From: Vicinamibacterales bacterium
Lineage (GTDB): Bacteria > Acidobacteriota > Vicinamibacteria > Vicinamibacterales > UBA2999
Assembly (NCBI GenBank): GCA_050250645.1
Contig: JBFWOG010000006.1
Span: 34,387 to 98,386 of the forward strand
Direction of reading: 5' to 3'
Length of the DNA stretch: 64,000 bases
Positions within the stretch are counted from its first letter, which is position 1. Each line of letters starts with the position of its first letter. Under the pieces are notes generated by a model. The model was given only the letters and a program-made list of their open reading frames with translations, was not told the origin of the DNA and made no database searches. A program made the position numbers and the translations under genes. Below, piece after piece: positions 53,048-63,291 of this stretch.

Positions 53048-54418
53048 ATGTTCATCACCAGGAAGTCACTCTCGCGGCGGGAAGTCCTCCGCGGCATGGG
53101 GGCGACGGTCGCCCTGCCCCTGCTCGATGCGATGGTGCCGGCGCGCACCCTGCTCGCGAAGACGGCGGCCGCGCCGCGCTCGCGCCTCGTGTGCATCGAG
53201 ATGGTGCACGGCAGCGCGGGCAGCACCCAGTACGGCATGGACGAGCACCTGTGGATGCCCCGCACGGAGGGCGCCGACTTCGAGTTCACGCCGCTGCTCA
53301 AGCCCCTGGAGCCGTTCCGCGACTACGTCACCGTCGTGACGAAGACCGACCTGCGCGCGGCCGAGGCGTGGGCCCCGGCCGAGGAGGGCGCCGATCACTT
53401 CCGGTCGAGCGCGGTCTTCCTCACCGGCGCCCACCCCAAGCAGACGGAAGGGTCGGATGTCGAGAGCGGGACGTCGATCGACCAGCTGTACGCGCAGCAG
53501 TTCGGCCAGGACACGCCGCTGCCGTCGATGCAGCTCGGCATCGAGAACGTGGACTCGACCGGCGCCTGCGGCTACAACTACGCGTGCGTGTACTCGGGCC
53601 CGATCAGCTGGTCGTCGCCGACCTCGCCGATGCCGATGACGATCGACCCGCGCATGGCCTTCGAGAACCTGTTCGGCGACGGCGGGACGCCGGAGGAGCG
53701 CGCGGCGCGCCAGCGGGCGAACCGCAGCATCCTCGACGGGATCCTCGACGAGGTCGCCTCGCTCCGGAAGGACCTCGGCCAGCGCGACATGGGCCGGCTG
53801 AACGACTACCTCGAGAGCGTCCGCGAGATCGAGCGCCGCATCGAGAAGATCGAGCAGTACAACGCGAGCGGCGAGCAGCGCGAGCTGCCGTCGGCGCCCA
53901 TCGGCGTGCCCGACTCCTGGGAGGAGCACGTCAAGCTGATGTTCGACCTCCAGGCCCTCGCCATGGCCTCCGAGGTGACGCGCGTCTCCTCGCTCAAGTT
54001 GAGCCGGGACACGAGCAACCGGGTGTTTCCGGAGAGCGGCGTGAAGGCGCCGTTCCACACCCTCTCGCACCATGGGTCGGTGCCGTCGAAGATCCTGGAG
54101 TACGCGAAGCTGAACGAGTACCACATGTCGCTGCTGCCGTACTTCCTGGAGCGGCTGCGCGGCACGCCCGACGGCGACGGCAACCTGCTCGACCACTCGC
54201 TGGTGTTCTGGGGCAGCCCCATGGGCGACTCGAACGTGCACGCGCACAAGCGGCTGCCCGTGCTCCTGGCCGGGAAGGCGAGCGGCCAGGTGCGCGGCAA
54301 CAACCACGTGCAGTGCGAGGACGAGACCCCGTACGCGAACGTCCTGCTCACCGTGCTGCACCGGCTCGGGGTCGACCAGCGGCAAATCGGGGACAGCACG
54401 GGCGAGGTGGCGATATGA
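53048..54418 (+). CDS. DUF1552-family protein with a twin-arginine signal
   Basis: MFITRKSLSRREVLRGMGATVALPLLDAMVP is the typical DUF1552 N-terminus, and the protein is the usual partner of DUF1592-type proteins. Confidence 0.75.
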   Translation: MFITRKSLSRREVLRGMGATVALPLLDAMVPARTLLAKTAAAPRSRLVCIEMVHGSAGSTQYGMDEHLWMPRTEGADFEFTPLLKPLEPFRDYVTVVTKTDLRAAEAWAPAEEGADHFRSSAVFLTGAHPKQTEGSDVESGTSIDQLYAQQFGQDTPLPSMQLGIENVDSTGACGYNYACVYSGPISWSSPTSPMPMTIDPRMAFENLFGDGGTPEERAARQRANRSILDGILDEVASLRKDLGQRDMGRLNDYLESVREIERRIEKIEQYNASGEQRELPSAPIGVPDSWEEHVKLMFDLQALAMASEVTRVSSLKLSRDTSNRVFPESGVKAPFHTLSHHGSVPSKILEYAKLNEYHMSLLPYFLERLRGTPDGDGNLLDHSLVFWGSPMGDSNVHAHKRLPVLLAGKASGQVRGNNHVQCEDETPYANVLLTVLHRLGVDQRQIGDSTGEVAI

Positions 54419-56100
54419 GACGGCTGGCGGCCGGCGTCCTGGCCGGCATCCTGGTGGCGGTGGCGTCGGCGGCGGCCGCCGACTCGAAGCTGGCCGACGC
54501 GGCGATGGCCCGCGACTACGACACGGTCGCGGCGCTGCTGGCGTCCGGCGCGGACGTCAACGCGGCGCAGGGCGACGGCACGACCGCCCTGCACTGGGCG
54601 GCCTACCACGGGGACGCCGCGATCGTCCGGACGCTCCTCGCCGCGGGCGCGCGCGTGACCGCCCGGACCCGGATCGGCGACATGAGCCCGCTCTACATGG
54701 CGGCGCGGCGCGGCAGTGCCCCTGCCATCTCCGCGCTGCTGGACGCCGGGGCCGACGCGCGCGAGGCCAACACCAACGGGACGACCGTGCTGATGGTCGC
54801 CGCGGGCGCGGGCGACCCCGAGGCGGTGCGCGTCCTCGTCGACCACGGGGCGGAAGTGAACGCCGTGGAGTTCACCAACGGCCAGACGGCGCTGATGTTC
54901 GCGGCCGCGCGTGGGAGCGTCGACGCGATCCAGATGCTCCTCGAGCACGGGGCGGACCCCGACGTGCGGACCCGCGTGTTCCGGCTCGGGCGGGTCGAGG
55001 CCGACGAGAACGGCAACCCGCTCCCGGAGGCCGGGGACCCGCCGCCGGCCGCGGCCGGCGCGCCCACGGCGGCGCAGCAGCAGGCGCTGGCCGCCCGCCG
55101 CGAGGAGCGCGTCCTCGGCGCGAAGACCGTCGGCGGCATGTCGGCGCTCCATTTCGCGGCCCGCGAGGGTCACCTCGACGCCGTCCAGGCGCTGGCCGCC
55201 GGCGGCGCCGACCTCGACCTGCCGAACGCGGGCGACCGCACCCCGCCGATGACCGAGGCCATCATCAATGGCCACCTCGACATCGCCCGCTTCCTGCTCG
55301 AGCGGGGCGCCGACCCGACGCTGGCCAACGCCGACGGCCTGACGCCGCTCTACGCGACCGTGGACGTGAAGTGGCGCGCCAATGCCTGGTACCCGCAGCC
55401 CACGATCGCCGAGGAGCGCACCGGCTACCTCGAGTTCATGGGGCAGCTGATCGACCATGGCGCGGACGTCGACGCGCGTCTCGGCCGCAAGCTGTGGTAC
55501 CGGAAGTACCGGTACGGCGACGACTGGGCCGACCCGAACGGCGCGACGGCCTTCTGGCGGGCCGCCCAGGCCAACGACGTGGCGGCGATGAGGCTGCTGA
55601 TCGCGCGCGGGGCCGACCCCACGATCGCGACCGTCCACGGCGTCACGCCCCTGCTCGTCGCCGGCGGCCTCGGCTTCGAGTACCAGTTGACGAACATCGC
55701 GCCAGACGCGCGCCTGGCGGCGGTGTCGTACCTGGTCGAGGAGCTCGGCGCCGACGTGCGGGCGAAGGACGAGCTCGACTACACCGTGCTGCACGGCGCG
55801 GCCTACGTCGGCGACAACGAGGTGATCAACTACCTCGCCATGCACGGCGCCGACCCGACCGCCCGGGCGAAGGGGCGGCTCGGCGGCACCCAGGGAGCCG
55901 TGCCCGTGGCGGCCGGCGAGGGCGACACGGTGGCCGACATGGCCAACGGACCGCGGGAGAAGTCCCTCCTCCATCCCGAGTCCGTCCGCCTGCTCGAGGC
56001 CATGGGGTCGGCCAACTCCAACGACTGCCGGTCCACCGCGTGCGTGAACAACACCAAGCCCGAGAAGGCCGAGACGCCGAAGCCGCCGAAGCCGCGGTAG
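54415..56100 (+). CDS. Secreted ankyrin-repeat protein (561 aa)
   Basis: Signal peptide, then repeated G.TALHWAAYHGDAAIVRTLLAAGA.V-type ankyrin units through most of the protein. ATGA overlap with the DUF1552 gene. Confidence 0.8.
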   Translation: MRRLAAGVLAGILVAVASAAAADSKLADAAMARDYDTVAALLASGADVNAAQGDGTTALHWAAYHGDAAIVRTLLAAGARVTARTRIGDMSPLYMAARRGSAPAISALLDAGADAREANTNGTTVLMVAAGAGDPEAVRVLVDHGAEVNAVEFTNGQTALMFAAARGSVDAIQMLLEHGADPDVRTRVFRLGRVEADENGNPLPEAGDPPPAAAGAPTAAQQQALAARREERVLGAKTVGGMSALHFAAREGHLDAVQALAAGGADLDLPNAGDRTPPMTEAIINGHLDIARFLLERGADPTLANADGLTPLYATVDVKWRANAWYPQPTIAEERTGYLEFMGQLIDHGADVDARLGRKLWYRKYRYGDDWADPNGATAFWRAAQANDVAAMRLLIARGADPTIATVHGVTPLLVAGGLGFEYQLTNIAPDARLAAVSYLVEELGADVRAKDELDYTVLHGAAYVGDNEVINYLAMHGADPTARAKGRLGGTQGAVPVAAGEGDTVADMANGPREKSLLHPESVRLLEAMGSANSNDCRSTACVNNTKPEKAETPKPPKPR

Positions 56101-56119
56101 GGCGAGGGCGGGGCAAGGG

Positions 56120-57400
56120 GTGATGCGGTTGGCAGGTCTCCGGGGCCCGGGAGCGGTTGCCCTGGCGCTGGCGCTCGGCGTCCCGGCCGCGTCGGGCCAG
56201 GACTACCGGCCGACGCTGCCGTCGGACCATCCCGCCATCGCGTACCTGGCGACGCGCCCGGACGACCCCGTGGGCCGCCTCGCGCGCCGGCTCGCGTCCG
56301 GCGAGGAGGCCCTGGCGCCGGCGGCCGACGCCCGGGGCTACCTGCCGCAGATCCTCGCCCGGCTGGGGATCGCCGCGGACACGCAGATGCTGGTCTTCTC
56401 GAAGACGAGCTTCCAGGCGCGCCACATCTCCCCGGACGTCCCGCGCGCGGTCTTCTTCGGGGATGAGGCCGCCGTGGCGTGGGTGCCGGGTGCCGGGAGC
56501 CTGGAGCTGACGGCGGTGGACCCGGTCCTGGGCTCGGTGTTCTACGAGATGACCGTCGACCGCGAGGGTCGGCCGGCGTTCGATCGCCGGCCGGAGTGCC
56601 TCACGTGCCACGTCGGCCCGAACACGGCTGGCGTGCCGGGCATCTACGTGGGGTCGGTGATCCCGGGGCCATCCGGCGCGCCCCTGCGGGACCAGAGCGC
56701 GATCATCACCGACCACCGCACGCCGTTCATCGACCGCTGGGGCGGCTGGTACGTGACCGCGACGCGCGGGGAGCAGCGGGACCGGGCCAACGCCGTCGCG
56801 CTGAACCCGGCGGCGCCGGAGGAACTCGTGCGCGAGTCGCGCCAGAACCTCCCGTCGCTCATGGGGCTGGTGGACCTGGCGCCGTATCCCTCGCACACGA
56901 GCGACATCGTGGCGCTCATGACCTTCGAGCACCAGACCCAGGTGACCAACCTGTTGACCCGCGTGGGCTGGGAGGCACGGCTGGCCGGCGCGGGGGAGCC
57001 CGCGGGCGGGGAGGGCGAGCTGGCGCGCGACATCGACGAGCTCGTCGCCTACATGCTGTTCTCGGGCGAGGCCCCGATCGACGCGCCGATCGAGGGCCCG
57101 TCGACCTTCGCCCGCACGTTCGCGGCGCGGGGCCCGCGTGACCCCGGCGGCCGGTCGCTGCGCGACTTCGACCTGCGGACGCGGCTCTTCCGGTACCCGC
57201 TCAGCTACATGATCTACGGCGCGGCGTTCGACGCGCTGCCCACCGCCGCCAGGAACCAGGTCTACCGGCGCCTGTTCGAGGTCCTCTCGGGCGCGGATGA
57301 CGGCCCGGCCTTCGCCCACCTGACGGCGGCCGACCGCCGGGCCATCCTCGAGATTCTCCGCGCCACGAAGCCGGGCCTGCCCGACTACTGGTCCCGCTGA
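56120..57400 (+). CDS. Secreted hypothetical protein with a single CxxCH motif
   Basis: Signal peptide and the motif ECLTCHVGPN. It starts 19 nt after the ankyrin gene. No family recognised. Confidence 0.6.
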   Translation: MMRLAGLRGPGAVALALALGVPAASGQDYRPTLPSDHPAIAYLATRPDDPVGRLARRLASGEEALAPAADARGYLPQILARLGIAADTQMLVFSKTSFQARHISPDVPRAVFFGDEAAVAWVPGAGSLELTAVDPVLGSVFYEMTVDREGRPAFDRRPECLTCHVGPNTAGVPGIYVGSVIPGPSGAPLRDQSAIITDHRTPFIDRWGGWYVTATRGEQRDRANAVALNPAAPEELVRESRQNLPSLMGLVDLAPYPSHTSDIVALMTFEHQTQVTNLLTRVGWEARLAGAGEPAGGEGELARDIDELVAYMLFSGEAPIDAPIEGPSTFARTFAARGPRDPGGRSLRDFDLRTRLFRYPLSYMIYGAAFDALPTAARNQVYRRLFEVLSGADDGPAFAHLTAADRRAILEILRATKPGLPDYWSR

Positions 57401-57446
57401 TGCCGCACCGCGGCGGCGCACCGAGGTGGCGCACCACCGTGGCGCG

Positions 57447-58883
57447 CTAGCGTCCCTGGTACATCGCGCCCGTCACCGGGTTCTCGACCGAGTATTCCTT
57501 GCCGCCGTTCCTGAAGTAGTCGACGGTGATCTTCCGTACCGTGCCGAGCAGGAAGGCGAGGCCAATCAGGTTCGGGAACGCCATGAACCCGTTCAGGAGG
57601 GTCCCGACGGCCCAGACGAGCGGGACCGACACCACGGCGCCGACCATGATGAGGGCGGTGAAGACGATCTTGTAAGCCTTGATGACCCCCGATCCGAACA
57701 TGAACTCGACGCACTTCTCGCCGTAGTAGTACCAGCCGATCAGCGTCGAGAACCCGAACAGGAACGAGCAGATCGCCACGATGATGCGGGCGCCCGGAAT
57801 CGTCGTGCCGAGGGCGGCGGCGGTCAGGTCGCCGCTGGCGTTGGCGAAGGCGGGGTCGGTCCAGAGGCCCGACTCGAGGATGATGAACGCGGTCACGGTG
57901 CAGACGAGGATCGTGTCGACGAACACCTCGAAGATGCCGACGACGCCCTGCTCGGCGGGGTGCTTCACGCTCGCGATGCCGTGGGCGATGGGGGCGCTGC
58001 CGAGCCCGGCCTCGTTCGAGAGGACGCCGCGGCTCACGCCGGAGGCGATGGCCTGCGCGACCGAGGCGCCGGCGAAGCCGCCGATGGCCGCCGTCGGCTT
58101 GAAGGCCTCCTCGACGATGCGGAGCAGCACCTCGGGCAGCAGCGTGATGTTCAGCGCGACGTAGGACAGGCCCGCCGCGAGGTAGAGGACGATCATCGAG
58201 GGCACCAGCTTGTCGGCCACGTTGGCGATGCGGTGGATGCCGCCGAGCAGCACCAGGCCCACGGCGGCGGTGATCAGGAGGCCGGGCACCCAGGTCGGCA
58301 CGGCGTAGCCGGTGAGGCTCGCGGCCTCGACGAACGTCCGGGCCACGGTGTTCGACTGCGCCATGTTGCCCGTGCCGAGCAGCGCCGCCATGGCGCCGAA
58401 GAAGGCGAACATCATCGCCAGCGACTTGCCGAGCTGCTTGTTCGGGATGCCGCGCGTGATGTAGTACATCGGGCCGCTCGCCAGCTCGCCCGTCTCGCGG
58501 GTGACGCGGAAGTGCACGCCGAGGACCGCCTCGGCGTACTTCGTCGCCATGCCGACCGTCGCGCAGATCCACATCCAGAAGACCGCCCCGGGGCCGCCGA
58601 TCAGGATGGCGGTCGCGACGCCGCCGATGTTGCCGTTGCCGACCGTCGACGCGAGGGCGGTGGACAGCGCCTGGAACGGCGTGATCGTGTTGGCGTCGGC
58701 CGAGGCCTTCTGGCGGATGCCGGCGAACACCATCTTCACGGCGAACGGGAACCGCGTGATCTGGACCACGCCCGTGCTGATGGTGATGAGCCCGCCGACG
58801 ACCAGGAGCACGATCGGCATCGCGAAGGGCTGCCACACCATGCCGTCGAGGGCGGTAATGCTGTTGGTCAACTGCTCGAGCAT
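57447..58883 (-). CDS. Alanine/glycine:cation symporter (AGCS family)
   Basis: MLEQLTNSITALDGMVWQP...ITPFQALSTALASTVGNGNIGGVATAI..GGPGAVFWMW. The start was set at this Met (the track ORF is much longer). Confidence 0.85.
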   Translation of the reverse strand: MLEQLTNSITALDGMVWQPFAMPIVLLVVGGLITISTGVVQITRFPFAVKMVFAGIRQKASADANTITPFQALSTALASTVGNGNIGGVATAILIGGPGAVFWMWICATVGMATKYAEAVLGVHFRVTRETGELASGPMYYITRGIPNKQLGKSLAMMFAFFGAMAALLGTGNMAQSNTVARTFVEAASLTGYAVPTWVPGLLITAAVGLVLLGGIHRIANVADKLVPSMIVLYLAAGLSYVALNITLLPEVLLRIVEEAFKPTAAIGGFAGASVAQAIASGVSRGVLSNEAGLGSAPIAHGIASVKHPAEQGVVGIFEVFVDTILVCTVTAFIILESGLWTDPAFANASGDLTAAALGTTIPGARIIVAICSFLFGFSTLIGWYYYGEKCVEFMFGSGVIKAYKIVFTALIMVGAVVSVPLVWAVGTLLNGFMAFPNLIGLAFLLGTVRKITVDYFRNGGKEYSVENPVTGAMYQGR

Positions 58884-58918
58884 CGGTTCTCCTGACGAGA
58901 GGGGAAGGGAGGCTGGCG

Positions 58919-60283
58919 CTAGCCGAGGAGGCCCCGGATGGTGAAGACGATGATGATCCCGATGGCGACCGGGCACACGTAGCGGACGAGGAACAGCCAG
59001 AGCCGCACGCCGGGGAAGCCGCCGCCCGACTCGAGCTGGGCGAGGGCGTCGTCCCGGCGCCAGGCCCAGGCCACGAAGATCGCGATGAAGAACCCGCCCA
59101 CGGGCAGCGCGAAGTTGTTCCAGACGGTCGACATCAGCGACAGGAAGTCCATGCCGACGACGGGCAGGCTCGACAGGAAGGGCGAGGCCCCGTTGGCGAG
59201 CGCCGACGGGATGGAGAGCAGGAAGATCGTGCCGGTCAGCACGAGGACCGCCTTGTGCCGCGTCCATCCCCAGGAGTCGATCAGGTAGGCCGTCGGCACC
59301 TCGAGGAGGGAAATCGTGGACGTGATGGCCGCCATCGTGAGCATGACGAAGAAGGCGCCGCCGAACAGGTGGCCGCCGGGCATGGTCGCGAAGAGCCGGG
59401 GCAGCACCGCGAAGATGAGGCCGGGGCCGGAGGTCGACGGGTCGAACCCGGGGATGGTGAAGCCGGCGGGGAAGATGATGAAGCCCGCCATGAGCGCGAC
59501 GACGGTGTCGAGGGCGACGACCCACGCCGCGGCCTGGGCGATGTTCTCCTTCTCGCCGAGGTAGCTGCCGTAGGTGATCATCGCGCCCATCCCGAGGCTC
59601 AGCGAGAAGAACGCCTGCCCGAGCGCCGCGTTGATGATCCGGATGTCGAAGAACTTGGCGAGGTCGGGCTTGAGGTAATAGGCCAGCCCCGTCTCGGCGC
59701 CCGGCAGGGTCAGCGCCCGGACCATCAGGGCGAAGAGCAGCAGCAGGAGGGCGGGCATCAGGAGCTTGGTGATGCGCTCGATGCCGTCGCGGACCCCCCC
59801 GATGATGATGCCGGCGGTGGTGGCCAGCACGACGGCCGTCAGGCCGATGGTGGCCGGGGCGTTGGCCACGAACCCGCTGAAGAACCGGCCGATGTCCTCC
59901 GGGCTGCCGGCCACGGCGCCAGTGCCGGTGAAGTAGATGTAGGCAATGGTCCAGCCGGCGATCACGGCGTAGAACGACAGGATGCCGGCCCCGGTGAGGA
60001 TGCCCAGCAGGCCGACGAGCTTCCAGGGCGTCCCGGGCTTGATCGCCTCGAAGGACCCGGCCGGGTCCTTCCGGCCCCGCCGCCCGATCGCCAGCTCGGC
60101 GATCATGATGGGGGCGCAGACGAAGACGACGCACAGCAGGTAGATCACGACGAAGACGGCGCCGCCGCCCTGGCCGACCTGCGTGGGGAAGCCCCAGATG
60201 TTGCCGAGGCCGACGGCCGATCCGGCGGCCGCCAGCACGAACCCGAGGCGGGACCCCCACGTCCCGCGACCTGACATCGCCAT
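58919..60283 (-). CDS. Sodium-dependent transporter, NSS/SNF family
   Basis: WGSRLGFVLAAAGSAVGLGNIWGFPTQVGQGGGAVFVVIYLL. The start was set at MAMSGRG. Confidence 0.85.
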   Translation of the reverse strand: MAMSGRGTWGSRLGFVLAAAGSAVGLGNIWGFPTQVGQGGGAVFVVIYLLCVVFVCAPIMIAELAIGRRGRKDPAGSFEAIKPGTPWKLVGLLGILTGAGILSFYAVIAGWTIAYIYFTGTGAVAGSPEDIGRFFSGFVANAPATIGLTAVVLATTAGIIIGGVRDGIERITKLLMPALLLLLFALMVRALTLPGAETGLAYYLKPDLAKFFDIRIINAALGQAFFSLSLGMGAMITYGSYLGEKENIAQAAAWVVALDTVVALMAGFIIFPAGFTIPGFDPSTSGPGLIFAVLPRLFATMPGGHLFGGAFFVMLTMAAITSTISLLEVPTAYLIDSWGWTRHKAVLVLTGTIFLLSIPSALANGASPFLSSLPVVGMDFLSLMSTVWNNFALPVGGFFIAIFVAWAWRRDDALAQLESGGGFPGVRLWLFLVRYVCPVAIGIIIVFTIRGLLG

Positions 60284-60539
60284 CCGCTGCCCTCCGTGTT
60301 GGTGGAGTCCGGGTGCCCCGCGCGAGCGGCCCGGGGGGGCGCGGCCCGCCGGGAGGCCGCGCACCGGGGCGAGTCGGCCGGGGCCGGCGCAGGGCCGGCC
60401 GGGCGACCGATTCCCGGGCGGAGCGATGATAATCGCCATCGCACTCCGGCTCAAGCGCAACCGGCGCGCGATGGTATGATCCGCCGACCGCTCAGCGACG
60501 GGCTCCCCCCGCGAGCGACCGCCTGGACGGCGGCATCTC

Positions 60540-62204
60540 ATGGACTCCAACCTCTTCCAGAACAAGTCCCTCGAGCAACTCGTCAGCGACGTCGAGCACG
60601 GCGGCCGCTCCCTCAAGCGAAGCCTGACGGCTCTCGATCTCACGCTCCTCGGCATCGGCGCGATCATCGGGACCGGCATCTTCGTGCTCACCGGCACCGC
60701 CGCGGCGAACCAGGCCGGGCCGGCCATCATGGTGTCCTACCTCGCGGCCGGGCTGGCGTGCGGGTTCGCGGCGCTCTGCTACGCGGAGTTCGCCTCGATG
60801 ATCCCCATCGCGGGCAGCGCCTACACCTACGCGTACGCGACGCTGGGCGAGCTGGCGGCGTGGATGATCGGGTGGGACCTGATCCTGGAGTACGCGGTCG
60901 GCTCGATGACGGTCGCCATCGGCTGGAGCGGGTACATGCAGAAGCTGCTGTCGGGCTTCGGCATCCACCTCCCGGTGGCGCTCAGCGCCGCCCCGCCGGT
61001 CGGCATCATCAACCTGCCCGCCTCCCTCGTGGTCCTCGGCATCATGACGCTCCTCATCGTGGGCATCCGCGAGTCGGCGCGGGCGAACGCGGTGATGGTG
61101 GGCATCAAGCTGGTGGCGATTGTCTTCTTCGTCGGCGCCGGCATCCGCTACGTCGAGCCCACCAACTGGGAGCCCTTCGCGCCGTACGGCTGGTCGGGCA
61201 CGATGGCCGCGGCGGCCGTCGTCTTCTTCGCCTACATCGGCTTCGACGCGGTGTCGACGACGGCGGAGGAGGCGAACAACCCGCAGCGGGACCTGCCGAT
61301 CGGCATCATTGCGTCCCTGGTCATCTGCACGGCGCTCTACCTCGCGGTCTCCGGCGTCCTCACGGGCATCATGCCGGTGGTCGACTACAAGGAGAACGTC
61401 GAGTTCCTGAACGCCCCGGTCGCCTTCGCGTTGAGCGCGATCGGCCAGGACTGGGCGGCCTACATGGTCTCGGCGGGCGCGGTGGCGGGCATCACGTCGG
61501 TGCTGCTCGTGATGCTGATGAGCCAGCCCCGGATCTTCTTCGCGATGAGCCGCGACGGCCTGCTGCCGAAGGGCGTCGCGAAGGTCCACCCGAAGTTCGG
61601 CACGCCCCACATCACGACGGCGATCACGTGCGGGCTGGTGGCGATCTTCGCCGGCCTGACGCAGATCCAGGTGGTCGGCGAGATGACGAGCATCGGGACG
61701 CTCTTCGCGTTCGTGGTGGTGTGCTCGGCGGTGCTGATGCTGCGGGTCCAGCGGCCCGACGCGCACCGGCCGTTCCGAGTCCCGTTCGGCCCGGTGTTCC
61801 CGGTGCTCGGCATCCTGTCGTGCGGCTACCTGATGCTCAGCCTGCCGATCGTCACCTGGGTGCGGTTCCTGGTGTGGCTGGACATCGGCCTGATCATCTA
61901 CTGGTTCTACGGCCGGACGCACAGCCCGCTGTCGAACCCCGACGAGGTGTCGCGGCGCACGAGCGCCCAGAGCTTCGCCAACTTCACGACGGTGTTCGGC
62001 GCGCTCGGGATGTTCAACGGCCTGGCGCTCTCGATCCTCGGGTTCATGACCGAGTTCGGCATCACGACCGAGGTCACGGCGAAGTGGCACGAGATCGGGG
62101 TGACGGCCAGCGAGGCGGACACGTTCGGGCTGCGGGTGCTCGGGGCGGCCGTCGTGATCTTCCTGCTGGGCCGGGTGCTCACGAAGACGACCAGGGAAGG
62201 GTAG
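60540..62204 (+). CDS. Amino-acid permease, APC superfamily (CAT-like)
   Basis: LKRSLTALDLTLLGIGAIIGTGIFVLTG...YAEFASMIPIAGSAYTYAY...; about 14 TM segments. Confidence 0.85.
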   Translation: MDSNLFQNKSLEQLVSDVEHGGRSLKRSLTALDLTLLGIGAIIGTGIFVLTGTAAANQAGPAIMVSYLAAGLACGFAALCYAEFASMIPIAGSAYTYAYATLGELAAWMIGWDLILEYAVGSMTVAIGWSGYMQKLLSGFGIHLPVALSAAPPVGIINLPASLVVLGIMTLLIVGIRESARANAVMVGIKLVAIVFFVGAGIRYVEPTNWEPFAPYGWSGTMAAAAVVFFAYIGFDAVSTTAEEANNPQRDLPIGIIASLVICTALYLAVSGVLTGIMPVVDYKENVEFLNAPVAFALSAIGQDWAAYMVSAGAVAGITSVLLVMLMSQPRIFFAMSRDGLLPKGVAKVHPKFGTPHITTAITCGLVAIFAGLTQIQVVGEMTSIGTLFAFVVVCSAVLMLRVQRPDAHRPFRVPFGPVFPVLGILSCGYLMLSLPIVTWVRFLVWLDIGLIIYWFYGRTHSPLSNPDEVSRRTSAQSFANFTTVFGALGMFNGLALSILGFMTEFGITTEVTAKWHEIGVTASEADTFGLRVLGAAVVIFLLGRVLTKTTREG

Positions 62205-62214
62205 CGCCGGCGGG

Positions 62215-63285
62215 ATGGCAGGGGCGGGCGGGCCGGATTCGCTCGGGGGCGACGCGCGGGGGAGCCGCGGCCGCCTGCTGGCGGTGCTGCTGCTCGTTGC
62301 GGTGACGGCGGTCGGCACCGTCGGCTACATGGTGATCGAGGGCTGGAGCGCGTGGGACGCGTTCTACATGACCGCGATCACCGTGTCCACCGCCGGCTAC
62401 CGCGAGGTGCACCCGCTGTCGTTCGGCGGACAGGCCTGGACGACGTTCGTGCTCATCGTCGGCGTCGGCACGCTGTTCTACACCGCGTCGCTGGTGCTGG
62501 CCTTCGTGGTGGAGGGCGGGCTGCACGGCCGCTTCGCCCACCGCCGTTTCAGACGCATGCTGGACACCGTCCGCGATCACTTCATCATCTGTGGCTACGG
62601 CCGTATCGGGAGCATCATCGCCGGGGAGTTCCGCCGGCAGGGCGTCCCGTACGTGGTCGTGGACCGGGACCCGGCCCGGGTGCACGAGGTCATCGCGCAG
62701 GGGGGCCTTGCGGTCGAGGCCGACGCCAGCCGCGAGGAGGTGCTCGAGCGGGTGGGCATCCACCGGGCGCGCGGGCTCATCGCGGCGGTGTCGACCGACG
62801 CCGAGAACGTCTACACGGTGCTGACCGCGCGGGTGCTGCGCCCGGACCTGTTCATCATCGCGCGGGTGTCCTCGGAGGACGCGGAGCGCAAGCTTCGCCG
62901 GGCGGGCGCGGACCGCGTGATCTCCCCCTACGAGCTCGGCGGGGTCCAGATGGCCGCGACCGCGCTCCGGCCGGCCGTCGTCGACTTCATGCGGCTCGCG
63001 ACGAGTTCCGAGCGCCTGGACCTGGCCGCCGAGCAGATCCTGCTGGGGCCGGACGCCGCCTTCCTGGGCCAGACCATCCGCGAGGCCGGCCTGCGGCAGC
63101 GCTTCGGCGTGATCGTCGTCGCCATCAAGCGCGCCGAGGGCCACATGGAATTCAACCCGTCGCCCGATGCCCGGCTCGTGGCGGGCGACCAGCTGGTCCT
63201 GCTGGGCCACCCCGAGCAGCTGCGCGCGCTCGAGGCGGTCGCGGGCGGCGTGCCCGCGCCGCGCCCGGCGGGCCACGAGGCATAG
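62215..63285 (+). CDS. Two-TM ion channel with RCK (TrkA-N/TrkA-C) domains; non-canonical pore signature
   Basis: The pore region is DAFYMTAITVSTAGYREV (canonical TVGYGD). The RCK part reads HFIICGYGRIGSIIAGEF...VVVDRD... Confidence 0.75.
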   Translation: MAGAGGPDSLGGDARGSRGRLLAVLLLVAVTAVGTVGYMVIEGWSAWDAFYMTAITVSTAGYREVHPLSFGGQAWTTFVLIVGVGTLFYTASLVLAFVVEGGLHGRFAHRRFRRMLDTVRDHFIICGYGRIGSIIAGEFRRQGVPYVVVDRDPARVHEVIAQGGLAVEADASREEVLERVGIHRARGLIAAVSTDAENVYTVLTARVLRPDLFIIARVSSEDAERKLRRAGADRVISPYELGGVQMAATALRPAVVDFMRLATSSERLDLAAEQILLGPDAAFLGQTIREAGLRQRFGVIVVAIKRAEGHMEFNPSPDARLVAGDQLVLLGHPEQLRALEAVAGGVPAPRPAGHEA

Positions 63286-63291
63286 GACACC

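Noticed and set aside
60284-60539. A glycine riboswitch or other leader upstream of the NSS/AGCS transporter pair, or a leader for the divergent APC permease.
   Set aside because: Reading both strands, I did not find the conserved glycine-riboswitch core elements. There are only short GC hairpins and a small palindrome (GCGATG..CATCGC). It needs an Infernal scan to settle.
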